This document shows, one piece after another, positions 1-11,038 of a stretch of DNA of 64,000 nt. This stretch comes from Planctomycetota bacterium (GTDB lineage: Bacteria > Planctomycetota > B15-G4 > SIAN01). The translations under genes and the position numbers were made by a program. Each line of letters opens with the position of its first letter. The stretch's first letter is position 1. The stretch lies in the NCBI GenBank assembly GCA_031409275.1, contig JANNXA010000010.1, positions 64,001-128,000 on the forward strand, read 5' to 3'. The notes beneath the pieces are model-generated. The model ran no database searches, was not told where the DNA came from, and saw only the letters and a list, made by a program, of their open reading frames with translations.

Positions 1-2
1 CC

Positions 3-170
3 GGCGATGGCAGGAACTGGACGATGGCGGCCGACTTCGAGCTGCCCGAGCAGGAACAGGCCAGCGCCATCGCGCAGCTCATCACGCCCGATGCGTTGCA
101 GCAAGCCGCCGACTGGTTCCGGCTCGGCCCGAACTGGAAGAAGCCGACGGTGGCGAAGGCCAGCCGGTAA
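3..170 (+). CDS. 3' end of a hypothetical protein (runs off window start)
   Basis: Open frame GDGRNWTMAADFELPEQEQ...KKPTVAKASR, stop TAA 168-170, GC3-rich codons; convergent with next gene. Confidence 0.55.
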   Translation, partial: GDGRNWTMAADFELPEQEQASAIAQLITPDALQQAADWFRLGPNWKKPTVAKASR

Positions 171-197
171 CGGACGCTTCGCCGCGCCTCAGCGCGT

Positions 198-692
198 TCA
201 CCCCGCCGGTGCCGGCGGCACGAGCTCCTCCTCCTCGACCAGCACATCCCAGTGCGCGATCAGCAGCTCGAAGCGCCGCTTCTCCTCGGCCCGGTGCTTC
301 TCGCGGTCGGGAAAGAGGCGCGCGATCACCGCCTCGGGATGGTGGTCGTCGTGCGCGGTGAGCGCGTCGCGCCAGGTGATCTGCAGGCGGAAGTCCCAGC
401 GGCTCTCCTCGGAGGCGTGGTGGCGCGGCACATGCGCGACGTAGTCGAGGATCCGCCCTTGGCGCTGCATCTCCTCGATCTGCGGCAGGTAGTTGCGCTT
501 GAACAGCTCGATGAACTCCGCTGCGAAGCCCCACTTCGCCTTGTAGTAGTACTCGATGACGAAGGGCTCGGCAGGCACCGCCACGGCCACCGGAGCGAGG
601 TCCGCCGCCGCAACGGCGGGAGCGCGACATCCACTGGCCATGGCGAGCGGCAGCAGCAGCGATACGAGCGACCCGACACTTGAACGGTCCAT
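198..692 (-). CDS. Conserved hypothetical lipoprotein
   Basis: Hydrophobic N-terminus ending AMASGC (lipobox-like); body FVIEYYYKAKWG...RWDFRLQITW...HWDV looks like a real globular domain; ATG 690-692. Confidence 0.7.
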   Translation of the reverse strand: MDRSSVGSLVSLLLPLAMASGCRAPAVAAADLAPVAVAVPAEPFVIEYYYKAKWGFAAEFIELFKRNYLPQIEEMQRQGRILDYVAHVPRHHASEESRWDFRLQITWRDALTAHDDHHPEAVIARLFPDREKHRAEEKRRFELLIAHWDVLVEEEELVPPAPAG

Positions 693-743
693 CGGCAAGC
701 AACCCTCGAAAGAGGCGCGACGCCGAACCTGGCGCCGACGCGG

Positions 744-1331
744 TCAGGCAGGACGGTAGCCCTTCAGCACCGCTTTCAGGTCGGAGCGGAGCCACGACGG
801 CAGATCGCCCTCCCCCTCGATCGCCCAGGTGATCAGCGACCCCTGGATCACCGCATAGAGCGTGCTCGCGAGCGCCGGGACGTCGCAGCGCTGCAGCTCG
901 CCGGCCGCGACGGCGTCCCGCAGCAGCGAACGCAGGCCCGATTGGAACGTGCTCGCGCCGGCGCGGCCATGGGCGCGAAACTCGGGGTCGTCGAGGTCGG
1001 CGAGGAAGAAGGCCAGCGAGTGGGCGACCTCGTCGGTGGTCGCGCCGAGGACCGTCAGGCAATCGGCGAGTCCGAGCAACGCCTGGAGCGGCGAGGCGTA
1101 CCGCTCGCGTGCCTGCGCGAACAGGAAGGCGTGACCGGACGCGGCGTCCGCGGCCGCGGCCAGCAGAAGCGCTCGCTTCGACCCGAAGCGTTGGACCAGC
1201 GCTGCCGCCGAGAGACCCGCGGCCTCGGCGACGTCGGCGAGCGTCAGCCGGCCCGGGCCGATCCGGGCGATCACGCGGAAGACGGCGGCGAGGATCTCCG
1301 GGTCGCTGGCAAGTCGGGGACGGGCGGCCAT
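744..1331 (-). CDS. TetR/AcrR family transcriptional regulator
   Basis: N-terminal HTH LTLADVAEAAGLSAAALVQRFGSKRALL, 195 aa. Confidence 0.92.
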   Translation of the reverse strand: MAARPRLASDPEILAAVFRVIARIGPGRLTLADVAEAAGLSAAALVQRFGSKRALLLAAAADAASGHAFLFAQARERYASPLQALLGLADCLTVLGATTDEVAHSLAFFLADLDDPEFRAHGRAGASTFQSGLRSLLRDAVAAGELQRCDVPALASTLYAVIQGSLITWAIEGEGDLPSWLRSDLKAVLKGYRPA

Positions 1332-1350
1332 GGCGAGATCCTAAACCGAA

Positions 1351-1385
1351 GTTCAGTAACCAATTGATTACTGAACGTGCGTTCA
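1351..1385. promoter_or_regulatory. Putative TetR operator: two overlapping palindromes in a divergent promoter region
   Basis: GTTCAGTAACCAATTGATTACTGAAC (1351-1376, one mismatched pair) overlaps TGAACGTGCGTTCA (1372-1385); AT-rich island between the divergent TetR and DHFR-like genes. Confidence 0.7.
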
Positions 1386-1449
1386 TTTACTGTCCAGGCG
1401 ATGGCGCTCCCATCGCGGGAGCCCCGCAAGAACCAACGGAGTCACTGCC

Positions 1450-1995
1450 ATGCCGACCCGCCGTCCGCTCCGCTACCAGGTCGCCACCAGCCTCGACGGC
1501 TACCTCGCCGGCCCCAACGGCGAGTTCGACTGGATCCCGATGGACCCGGACCTCGACTTCGCCGCGCTCTTCGGCCGCTTCGACGGCCTGCTGATGGGGC
1601 GCAAGACCTGGGAGACGGTCGCGGCGATGCACGGCAGCGGCGGCGGCGCCTTCGGGCTCCCGACCTGGGTGGTATCGGCGACGCTCACCGGCCGCGCCCC
1701 GCCTGGCGTCACTCTGATCGACCGCGATGTCGCCGCGCAGGTGCGCGCCTTGAAGGAACTGCCGCCGAGCTCGCCAGGCAAGGAGCTCTGGCTTCACGGC
1801 GGCGGCGTCCTTGCCGCGAGCCTGCTCGACGCCGGCCTGGTCGACACCATCGAACTCGCCGTGATCCCGATCGCGCTAGGGCGCGGGATTCCGTTCCTCG
1901 CCGGGGCGCGGCGCCGTCACGCGCTGCGGCTCGAGGCGCACCGCGTCTACCCGAAGACCGGAACGACACTGCTGACCTATGCGGTCGCGAAGTAA
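1450..1995 (+). CDS. Dihydrofolate reductase / RibD C-terminal family protein
   Basis: Motifs ATSLDGYLAGPNG, LLMGRKTWE, LWLHGGG, AGLVD, PIALGRGIP. Confidence 0.9.
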   Translation: MPTRRPLRYQVATSLDGYLAGPNGEFDWIPMDPDLDFAALFGRFDGLLMGRKTWETVAAMHGSGGGAFGLPTWVVSATLTGRAPPGVTLIDRDVAAQVRALKELPPSSPGKELWLHGGGVLAASLLDAGLVDTIELAVIPIALGRGIPFLAGARRRHALRLEAHRVYPKTGTTLLTYAVAK

Positions 1996-2022
1996 GTCCG
2001 CGAAGACACCGAGGCGCCGATG

Positions 2023-2493
2023 TCAGCGCCCCGCAGCCGGCAGCTTCGCAATCACCTCGACCTCGACGCGCGCGCCGCGTGCGAGGGCCGAGGCGCCGAG
2101 CGCGCTCCTCGCGGGATAGCGGCCGTTGAAGCAGGTCGCGTAGACCTCGTTGAACTTCGGCCACTCGGCCATGTCGACCAGGAAGACGGAGGCCTTCACC
2201 ACATCGGCGAAGGTGCAGCCGCGCCGCTCGAGCGCGAGGCGCAGGTTCTCCATCGTCGCACGCGTCTCCGCCTCGATGCCACCCGGAACGAGATCGAAGG
2301 TGCCCGGCGCGGTGCCGATGGCGCCGGACACGAAGAGGAAGCCGCCCGCCTCGACCGACTCGGAGAAGGGCAGCGCGCGGCGCGCCTCATCGGGCGACGG
2401 GTGAAAGACGGGCGCCGCCGAATCGGACCGGCTGATGCAGCCGGCCGCGATCACCACCAGCAGAAGCGTGGACCCGATGGCGACGGTTCTCAT
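2023..2493 (-). CDS. RidA/YjgF family enamine/imine deaminase with lipoprotein signal
   Basis: PFSESV, FLFVSGAIG, NEVYA, PARSAL (catalytic Arg), VEVE; N-terminus MRTVAIGSTLLLVVIAAGC; ATG 2491-2493. Confidence 0.88.
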   Translation of the reverse strand: MRTVAIGSTLLLVVIAAGCISRSDSAAPVFHPSPDEARRALPFSESVEAGGFLFVSGAIGTAPGTFDLVPGGIEAETRATMENLRLALERRGCTFADVVKASVFLVDMAEWPKFNEVYATCFNGRYPARSALGASALARGARVEVEVIAKLPAAGR

Positions 2494-2604
2494 GACGGCA
2501 ACCCCGACCAGGAAAGTGTCGTGCAAGCCGGTGCGCGACCGGCGTGGCGAGCGTAACGTCGCGAGTGGGCGCGCGGAGACACTGCGCGCGCGAGGAGACG
2601 CCTG

Positions 2605-3921
2605 ATGGCCCCCGAGCCGCGCACGAGCCGCCGCCAATTCGTCGGCCAGCTCGGCAAAGCCGCGGGCGCCAGCGCACTCGCCGCCGCCTTCGCGACCGCC
2701 GCGGCCGAGCGGCTCCACGCAGCGGTGAGCGGCGCGGCTGGCCGTCCCGCCGCCGCGGTGGCGCGCGACGAGGAGTTCTGGCTGCCAGTGCAGCAGGCGT
2801 GGGACATCGATCGCGCGCTGCTCAACTTCAACAACGGCAGCTGCTCGCCCGCGCCGCGGATCGCGCTCGAGGCGCTGTTCCGCGACTGGCGCTTCGCCAA
2901 CGAGCTGATGTACCACCACCTGATGGTCGTCCTCGATCCGCGCCGCGAGGCGGTGCGCACCCAGCTCGCCACGCTGTTCGGCGCCGACCGCGAGACCATC
3001 GCGATGGTGCGCAACGCCTCCGAGGCGCTCGAGACCATCACGTTCGGGATCGAGCTCGCGCACGGCGACGAGGTGGTCACGACCGACCACGACTACCCGC
3101 GGATGATCACCGCCTGGCGCCAGCGCGAGAAGCGCGACCGCATCGTGCTGAAGCAGGTCGAGCTGCCGGTGCCGCTGCGCGACCCGGCCGATCTCGTCGC
3201 CGCGTTCGCCGCCAAGATCACGCCGCGCACGCGCGTACTGCACATGAGCCACATCCACTACACGACCGGCCAGATCGGGCCGGTGAAGGCGCTGTGCGAC
3301 CTCGCCCGCAGCCGCGGGATCCTCTCGATCGTCGACGGCGCGCACGCGTTCGCCCACCTTGACGTGAAGGCGGCCGAGATCGGCGCCGACTTCTATGGCA
3401 CGAGCCTCCACAAGTGGCTCGCTGCGCCGGTCGGCAACGGGATGCTGCACGTGCGCAAGGAGCTGATCCCGTCGCTGTGGCCGCTCTTCGCCCATCCCGA
3501 CCCGCAGAGCCCCGACATCCGCAAGTTCGAGGAGCCGGGCACCAACCCGGTGCCCGTGCTGCTCGCGGTCTCCGAGGCGATCGCGCTCCACCAGCTGATC
3601 GGCGCGCAGCGCAAGCAGGAGCGGCTGCGCTACCTGCGCGACGCGTGGGCGACGCCGCTCGCGCAGGAGCGCAACTGCCGCGTCCTGCCCTCGCTCGACG
3701 CCGCACACACCTGCGGCATCGCCTGCGTCGCCGTCGACGGCGTCGATCCGGCGCAACTCGCCAAGCACCTGCTGGAGAAGAAGCAGATCTACACCGTCGG
3801 CATCGCGCGCCCCGACGTGAACGCGCTGCGCGTGACGCCGAACCTCTACACCACGCTGCCGGAGATCGAGCGTTTCGTCGACGCCGTCCGCGAGGTGGCG
3901 AGGAACGGGCTGCCGGGTTAG
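2605..3921 (+). CDS. Class V PLP-dependent aminotransferase (CefD/cysteine desulfhydrase-like) with Tat signal
   Basis: SRRQFV twin-arginine leader; NFNNGS, RNASE, VDGAH, GTSLHKW (PLP lysine), LRVTP; GGAG RBS. Confidence 0.88.
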   Translation: MAPEPRTSRRQFVGQLGKAAGASALAAAFATAAAERLHAAVSGAAGRPAAAVARDEEFWLPVQQAWDIDRALLNFNNGSCSPAPRIALEALFRDWRFANELMYHHLMVVLDPRREAVRTQLATLFGADRETIAMVRNASEALETITFGIELAHGDEVVTTDHDYPRMITAWRQREKRDRIVLKQVELPVPLRDPADLVAAFAAKITPRTRVLHMSHIHYTTGQIGPVKALCDLARSRGILSIVDGAHAFAHLDVKAAEIGADFYGTSLHKWLAAPVGNGMLHVRKELIPSLWPLFAHPDPQSPDIRKFEEPGTNPVPVLLAVSEAIALHQLIGAQRKQERLRYLRDAWATPLAQERNCRVLPSLDAAHTCGIACVAVDGVDPAQLAKHLLEKKQIYTVGIARPDVNALRVTPNLYTTLPEIERFVDAVREVARNGLPG

Positions 3922-3949
3922 TCGAAGCGGGACGAACTCGCCGCGCGGC

Positions 3950-4594
3950 TCATGGCGCCGCGCTCGTCCTTGAAGGGCCCCGTCCGCCTTCGACCTCGCC
4001 GATCTGCCGCTCCTGCACGCGCGCGAACATCAACTGCGCCAGCGTCGCCCCGACCAGCGCCAGGAACATGTCGTTCTGCGTGTCCCACGGATCGCCTTGC
4101 GTGCCGAGGAAGGCGTCGGAAGCCTGACCGATCGCCAGCGCAGTCGCCCATTCGAGCAGCTCATAGGTCGCGCTGAAGGCCAGCACGATCGCGGTCACGA
4201 TCATGAAGAGCCAGCGACGGCCGGTGACCACGCGCTGGCGCAGCAGCACTTCGCGCACGAGCAGCGCCGGCACGAAGCCCTGCGTGAAGTGGCCGAGGCG
4301 GTCGTAGTGGTTGCGCGCCAGCCCGAACGCGTCGCGTACCCAGTCGCCAAGCGGCACTTCCGCGTAGGTCCAGTGCGCACCGACGATCAGCACCAGCGCG
4401 TGCAGCACGAGCAGGCGCTGCGTGAGCGGCGTCAGCGGGAAGCGCTTCCACGTGGCGATCAGCAGCGGCGCCGCAATCAGCACCGGTGCCACCTCGAGCC
4501 ACCACGTCGGCCAGTCGCGCGGCGCGATGGCGGAGAGGCCGAGCGCGACGGCGGTCAGCAGCAGCAGGAGCAGAGGTTCGAGGCGAGCGTTCAC
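3950..4594 (-). CDS. DUF2238 (YjdF-like) membrane protein
   Basis: WWLEVAP, GAHWTYAEVP, RNHYDRLGHF, YELLEW, FLGTQGDPWDTQNDM; GTG start. Confidence 0.88.
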   Translation of the reverse strand: MNARLEPLLLLLLTAVALGLSAIAPRDWPTWWLEVAPVLIAAPLLIATWKRFPLTPLTQRLLVLHALVLIVGAHWTYAEVPLGDWVRDAFGLARNHYDRLGHFTQGFVPALLVREVLLRQRVVTGRRWLFMIVTAIVLAFSATYELLEWATALAIGQASDAFLGTQGDPWDTQNDMFLALVGATLAQLMFARVQERQIGEVEGGRGPSRTSAAP

Positions 4595-4651
4595 GGCGGC
4601 GCAGGCTACTCGGCGGTGCGGCTCGACGCGCGCAACGCTCGTCGCGACTCG

Positions 4652-6205
4652 CTACTCGAGGTAGCCGAGCGCGCGCAGGCGCTGCAGCGTCTCGGGATCA
4701 GCCGCGGCGAGATCCTTCTCGGTCAGGCTCTTCACGTCGACGCCGGCGCGGCGCGCCTGGTTCCTCGCCCACCACTCGAGCACCATCTCCTCGAAGCGGG
4801 CGACGCGCTCTGGCTCGGTGTCGGCGAGGTTCTTCTCCTCGCGGAAGTCGGTGTCGAGGCGGAAGAGCTCATGGCGCGGCCGCGGCCGGTTGGCCGTCGG
4901 CTTCAGGTTGAGGATGTACTTCCACGGCCCCTCGATGACCGAAAGATGGTTGCCCTGGCCGGGGAAGAACTTCTCCTCCGGCATCTCGTGCAGCTCGGCG
5001 AAGACGGCGTGCGCGTCGCCCGCCTCGCCCTTCTGCAGCGTGGCGAAGCTCCGGCCCTGGAGCCCTTCGGGCGGCTCGACGCCGAGGAGCTCGAGCAGAG
5101 TCGGATAGAGGTCGATCGACTGCACCGGCTCCTTCACCACCAGCCCGGCCGGCACGAGGCCGGGCGCGACGACGATCAGCGGCACGTGGAGCAGTTCGTT
5201 GTAGAGCGTGTAGGCGTGGCTGGTGCCGCCGTTCTCCATGAACTCCTCCCCGTGGTCGGAGGTGATCACGAAGATCGCGTCCTCGAACTCGGGCCGATGG
5301 CGTAGCGCTTCGTGGAGCTTGCCGATCTCGCGGTCGTTGGCGCGGATGTCGGCGTCATAGAGAGCGAGCGCCGTCTCGATGAACGGCTCCACCTTCACCT
5401 TCGCGCGCTCGAACTGTTCCCGCGTCGTGACGCTGCCGACCTTGCCCGGGTTCTTCTCCCGGATCTCGCGCAGCTGCTTCTCGTACTCCTTCTTCTTCGC
5501 CTCGGTGGTGAACTTGCGGAAGTCGGCCGGCTCCGGGTCGTACCGCTCGTGCGGATCGACCGAGTGGAGGTAGAGGAACCAGGGCGAGAGCTTGTTGGCC
5601 TTGAGGAACGGCAGCACCTTGTCGTTGATCGCGGCGCCCGAGCCGGTCGAGTGGCCGATCGTGTCGCCGCCCTGGATGATTTGCGTCGCCTCCATGAACT
5701 CGTCGAACCCTTGCTGGTAGTTCGACATGCGGCCCATCACCGGGTTGGTCGAGAAGCCCGCCGTGCGCCAGCCGGCGGCGCGCAACGCCTCGGGCAACGT
5801 GACGAACCGCTCGTCGAGCTGGTCGAAGAAGCGGTGCATGCCGGTGACGGTCGGGTAGCACGAGGTGAGGATCGACGCGACCGCCGGCTTGGTCCACGGC
5901 GCCTGCGAGAAACAGCGCTCGAACTTCACGCCGAGCTTCGCGATCTCGGCGAGCTCCTTCGACGTCTCGCGCTCGCAGCCGTACGCGCTGAGCCGATCGG
6001 CGCGGCAGGTGTCGATGACGTAGAGCACGAGGCTGCGCGGCTTGCCCGGCGGCTGGGCGGTAGGCGGCGCGGCCGGAGCGGACGGCGGCGCCGGTCGGGC
6101 GGGATCCTGCGGCGCGCGCGCCGGCGCCTGCGCGTGGAGCTGCGGAGTCAAGAGCGACGCCCCGAACACGAGCGCGGCGGCGCGCGAGGCCTTGCGGACC
6201 TTCAT
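4652..6205 (-). CDS. Secreted sulfatase-like hydrolase (alkaline phosphatase superfamily)
   Basis: Signal peptide, Pro-rich linker, IDTCRAD, APWTKPA, DPH, TSDHGEEF, HVPL, DLYPTL, C-terminal LRALGY; true start ATG 6203-6205. Confidence 0.85.
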   Translation of the reverse strand: MKVRKASRAAALVFGASLLTPQLHAQAPARAPQDPARPAPPSAPAAPPTAQPPGKPRSLVLYVIDTCRADRLSAYGCERETSKELAEIAKLGVKFERCFSQAPWTKPAVASILTSCYPTVTGMHRFFDQLDERFVTLPEALRAAGWRTAGFSTNPVMGRMSNYQQGFDEFMEATQIIQGGDTIGHSTGSGAAINDKVLPFLKANKLSPWFLYLHSVDPHERYDPEPADFRKFTTEAKKKEYEKQLREIREKNPGKVGSVTTREQFERAKVKVEPFIETALALYDADIRANDREIGKLHEALRHRPEFEDAIFVITSDHGEEFMENGGTSHAYTLYNELLHVPLIVVAPGLVPAGLVVKEPVQSIDLYPTLLELLGVEPPEGLQGRSFATLQKGEAGDAHAVFAELHEMPEEKFFPGQGNHLSVIEGPWKYILNLKPTANRPRPRHELFRLDTDFREEKNLADTEPERVARFEEMVLEWWARNQARRAGVDVKSLTEKDLAAADPETLQRLRALGYLE

Positions 6206-6352
6206 CGGACGGTTCCCCGAGCGGGTCGCCTGGCGGCGTGGCGGACGATAGCGCCGAGCTGACGCGCTAAGCTTCCCGCCCCTCGCGGCTCGCGCTGCGG
6301 CGGCCGATCGGCCCCGCCCGACCGGCGCCGCCGCCGACTTGGAGCCGCATCG

Positions 6353-9091
<2,739 letters not shown>

Positions 9092-9149
9092 GCGGCCGGC
9101 GCGGTCGCCGATGACGGCCGCACGACGAGCGCATGACGAAGCAGCGAAG

Positions 9150-9189
9150 GACGGGAGCGTGCCCACGCAGGCGCGCTCCCGTCGTTTCG
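9150..9189 (+). terminator. Putative intrinsic terminator after acnA
   Basis: 14 bp stem GACGGGAGCGTGCC / GGCGCGCTCCCGTC (one G-U), 6 nt loop, followed by GTTTCG. Confidence 0.55.
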
Positions 9190-9321
9190 TCGTCGATCCG
9201 ATCGCGATCGACTCTCGGTCACCGGGCTTGCGGCGGCGCCCGGCTCGGTCGGTCCGAACGGGATAGGCTCTTCGAGCAGCCCCGTCAGAAGTCGTCACGA
9301 GACGTGGCAGTGGAGCAGCGC

Positions 9322-11016
9322 ATGCGGATCGTGATGTCGGCCGCGGCGGTCGGAACCTTGCTCGTCACGGCGCCGATGCAGGCGCAGCAGCTGCCCGGTC
9401 GCGGGCGCTTCGCGGACGATCGACTGATCCTGTCGATCGAGCAGCGCACGCCCGAGGTTGCCTCCGCGCTGCTCCTGCTGCCGCCCCACACCGAGCGGCC
9501 GCTCTTCCGCGTGCCGCCGCGCGGCTGGCGCGATCCAGCCGCCGCACGCGCGTGCGGCCTCGAACGCTTCGTCGTCCTGCAGTTCGCTTCACCGCAACGC
9601 GACCTCGCGCTGCGCGCCCACGCGCTCGCCGACCTGCCAGGCGTGACGAGCTGCGAATGCTGCGCGTTGGGCGATCCGGGGTCGACGCTGCCCGACGATC
9701 CCGACTTCCCGCTGCAGTGGGCGCTGCAGCCGGGAATGCTCGACGCGCCGGCGGCGTGGGATCTGGTGCGCCAGTCGACGCAGCTCGTCGGCGTCATCGA
9801 CAGCGGCTGCGACCTGACTCACCCGGAGCTGCAGGCCTCGCAGTGGACCAACCCTGGCGAGATCCCCGCCAACGGGATCGACGACGAAGGCAACGGCTAC
9901 GTCGACGACGTGCACGGCTGGAACTTCCTGACCGACGACGCCACCATCCCGCCACACCCGCACGGCACGCGCGTCGCCGGCTGCATCGCCGCGCAAGGCG
10001 ACAACGCCTTGGAGATCGCCGGCGTGTGCTGGTCGGCGCCGCTGCTCTTCGCCGTCGTCTGGGGCGGCGGCGCGCCGATCAACGTCGATGACGCCAGCGC
10101 GGCCGTCGTCTACGCCGCCGATCAAGGAGTGCGAGTCGCGCAGATGGCGTGGGGCTTCGTCGCGCCCGAGCCACTGGCACTGCGCGCAGCGATCACCTAC
10201 GCCAATTCGCTCGACGTGATGCAGGTCTCGCTGGCCGGCAACCAGCCCGTCGACGAACCGCTCTTCCCGGGCGCGCGTCCCGAGGTGCTGGCGGTGATCG
10301 CCACCGATTCGACGGACGCGCGCGCGAGCTTCTCCGGCTTCGGCCTGTGGTGCGATCTGTCGGCGCCTGGCGCCGACATCCAAGTCATCTCCATGCCGGG
10401 ACGGCCCGATGTCTCCTCCGGCACCACCTTCTCCAGCTCGCACACGTCAGGTGCCGCCGCACTGCTGCGCGAGTGGAGGCCCGACGCCGACGCCGAGACG
10501 ATCCGCTTGCTGCTACTCGCCTCTTCGAAGGACCTCGGTGTCGCCGGCTTCGACCCTGACTTCGGTTGGGGACGGCTCGACCTCGGCGCCGCGATGAAGC
10601 TGGCGACGACGCTCACCGCCGATCGTTCCGAGGCGGCGCCGGGCGACGACGTGGTGCTGCGCCTCGACGACCCGAGCGCGCCGTTCCAATTGCACGCGTT
10701 GCTGGTCACGCGCTTCGGCCGCTTTCCTGGCACGCCGCTCTTTGAACTTGATCCGCTCGATTCTCGCGTGATCTTCCTGAACGACGACCCGCTGCTGTGG
10801 CCGCTGGCGCTCGGCGTGGTGCCGGGGGGCGACGCGCTCTTCGAGCGCTTCCTCGAGTGCACCGACGGCAGCGGCTTCTCGCAGGCGACCATGCACCTGC
10901 CCGATGGGCCGTTGCTGCTCGGCGTCGATCTCGACTTCGCCGCCGCGCTCTTCGATCCATCCGATCTCGCCCACGTGACGCGGCTCACCGCGACGGCGCG
11001 CGTCAAGGTGCGGTGA
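9322..11016 (+). CDS. Secreted S8 (subtilisin-like) peptidase homologue with C-terminal beta domain
   Basis: Signal peptide after GGAG RBS; VGVIDSG, NPGEIPANGIDDEGNGYVDDVHGWNF, HGTRVAG, AGN, DLSAPG; GTTFSSSH where GTSMA is expected. Confidence 0.85.
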   Translation: MRIVMSAAAVGTLLVTAPMQAQQLPGRGRFADDRLILSIEQRTPEVASALLLLPPHTERPLFRVPPRGWRDPAAARACGLERFVVLQFASPQRDLALRAHALADLPGVTSCECCALGDPGSTLPDDPDFPLQWALQPGMLDAPAAWDLVRQSTQLVGVIDSGCDLTHPELQASQWTNPGEIPANGIDDEGNGYVDDVHGWNFLTDDATIPPHPHGTRVAGCIAAQGDNALEIAGVCWSAPLLFAVVWGGGAPINVDDASAAVVYAADQGVRVAQMAWGFVAPEPLALRAAITYANSLDVMQVSLAGNQPVDEPLFPGARPEVLAVIATDSTDARASFSGFGLWCDLSAPGADIQVISMPGRPDVSSGTTFSSSHTSGAAALLREWRPDADAETIRLLLLASSKDLGVAGFDPDFGWGRLDLGAAMKLATTLTADRSEAAPGDDVVLRLDDPSAPFQLHALLVTRFGRFPGTPLFELDPLDSRVIFLNDDPLLWPLALGVVPGGDALFERFLECTDGSGFSQATMHLPDGPLLLGVDLDFAAALFDPSDLAHVTRLTATARVKVR

Positions 11017-11038
11017 GGATGCGGCCGGTGCGCTCGCT

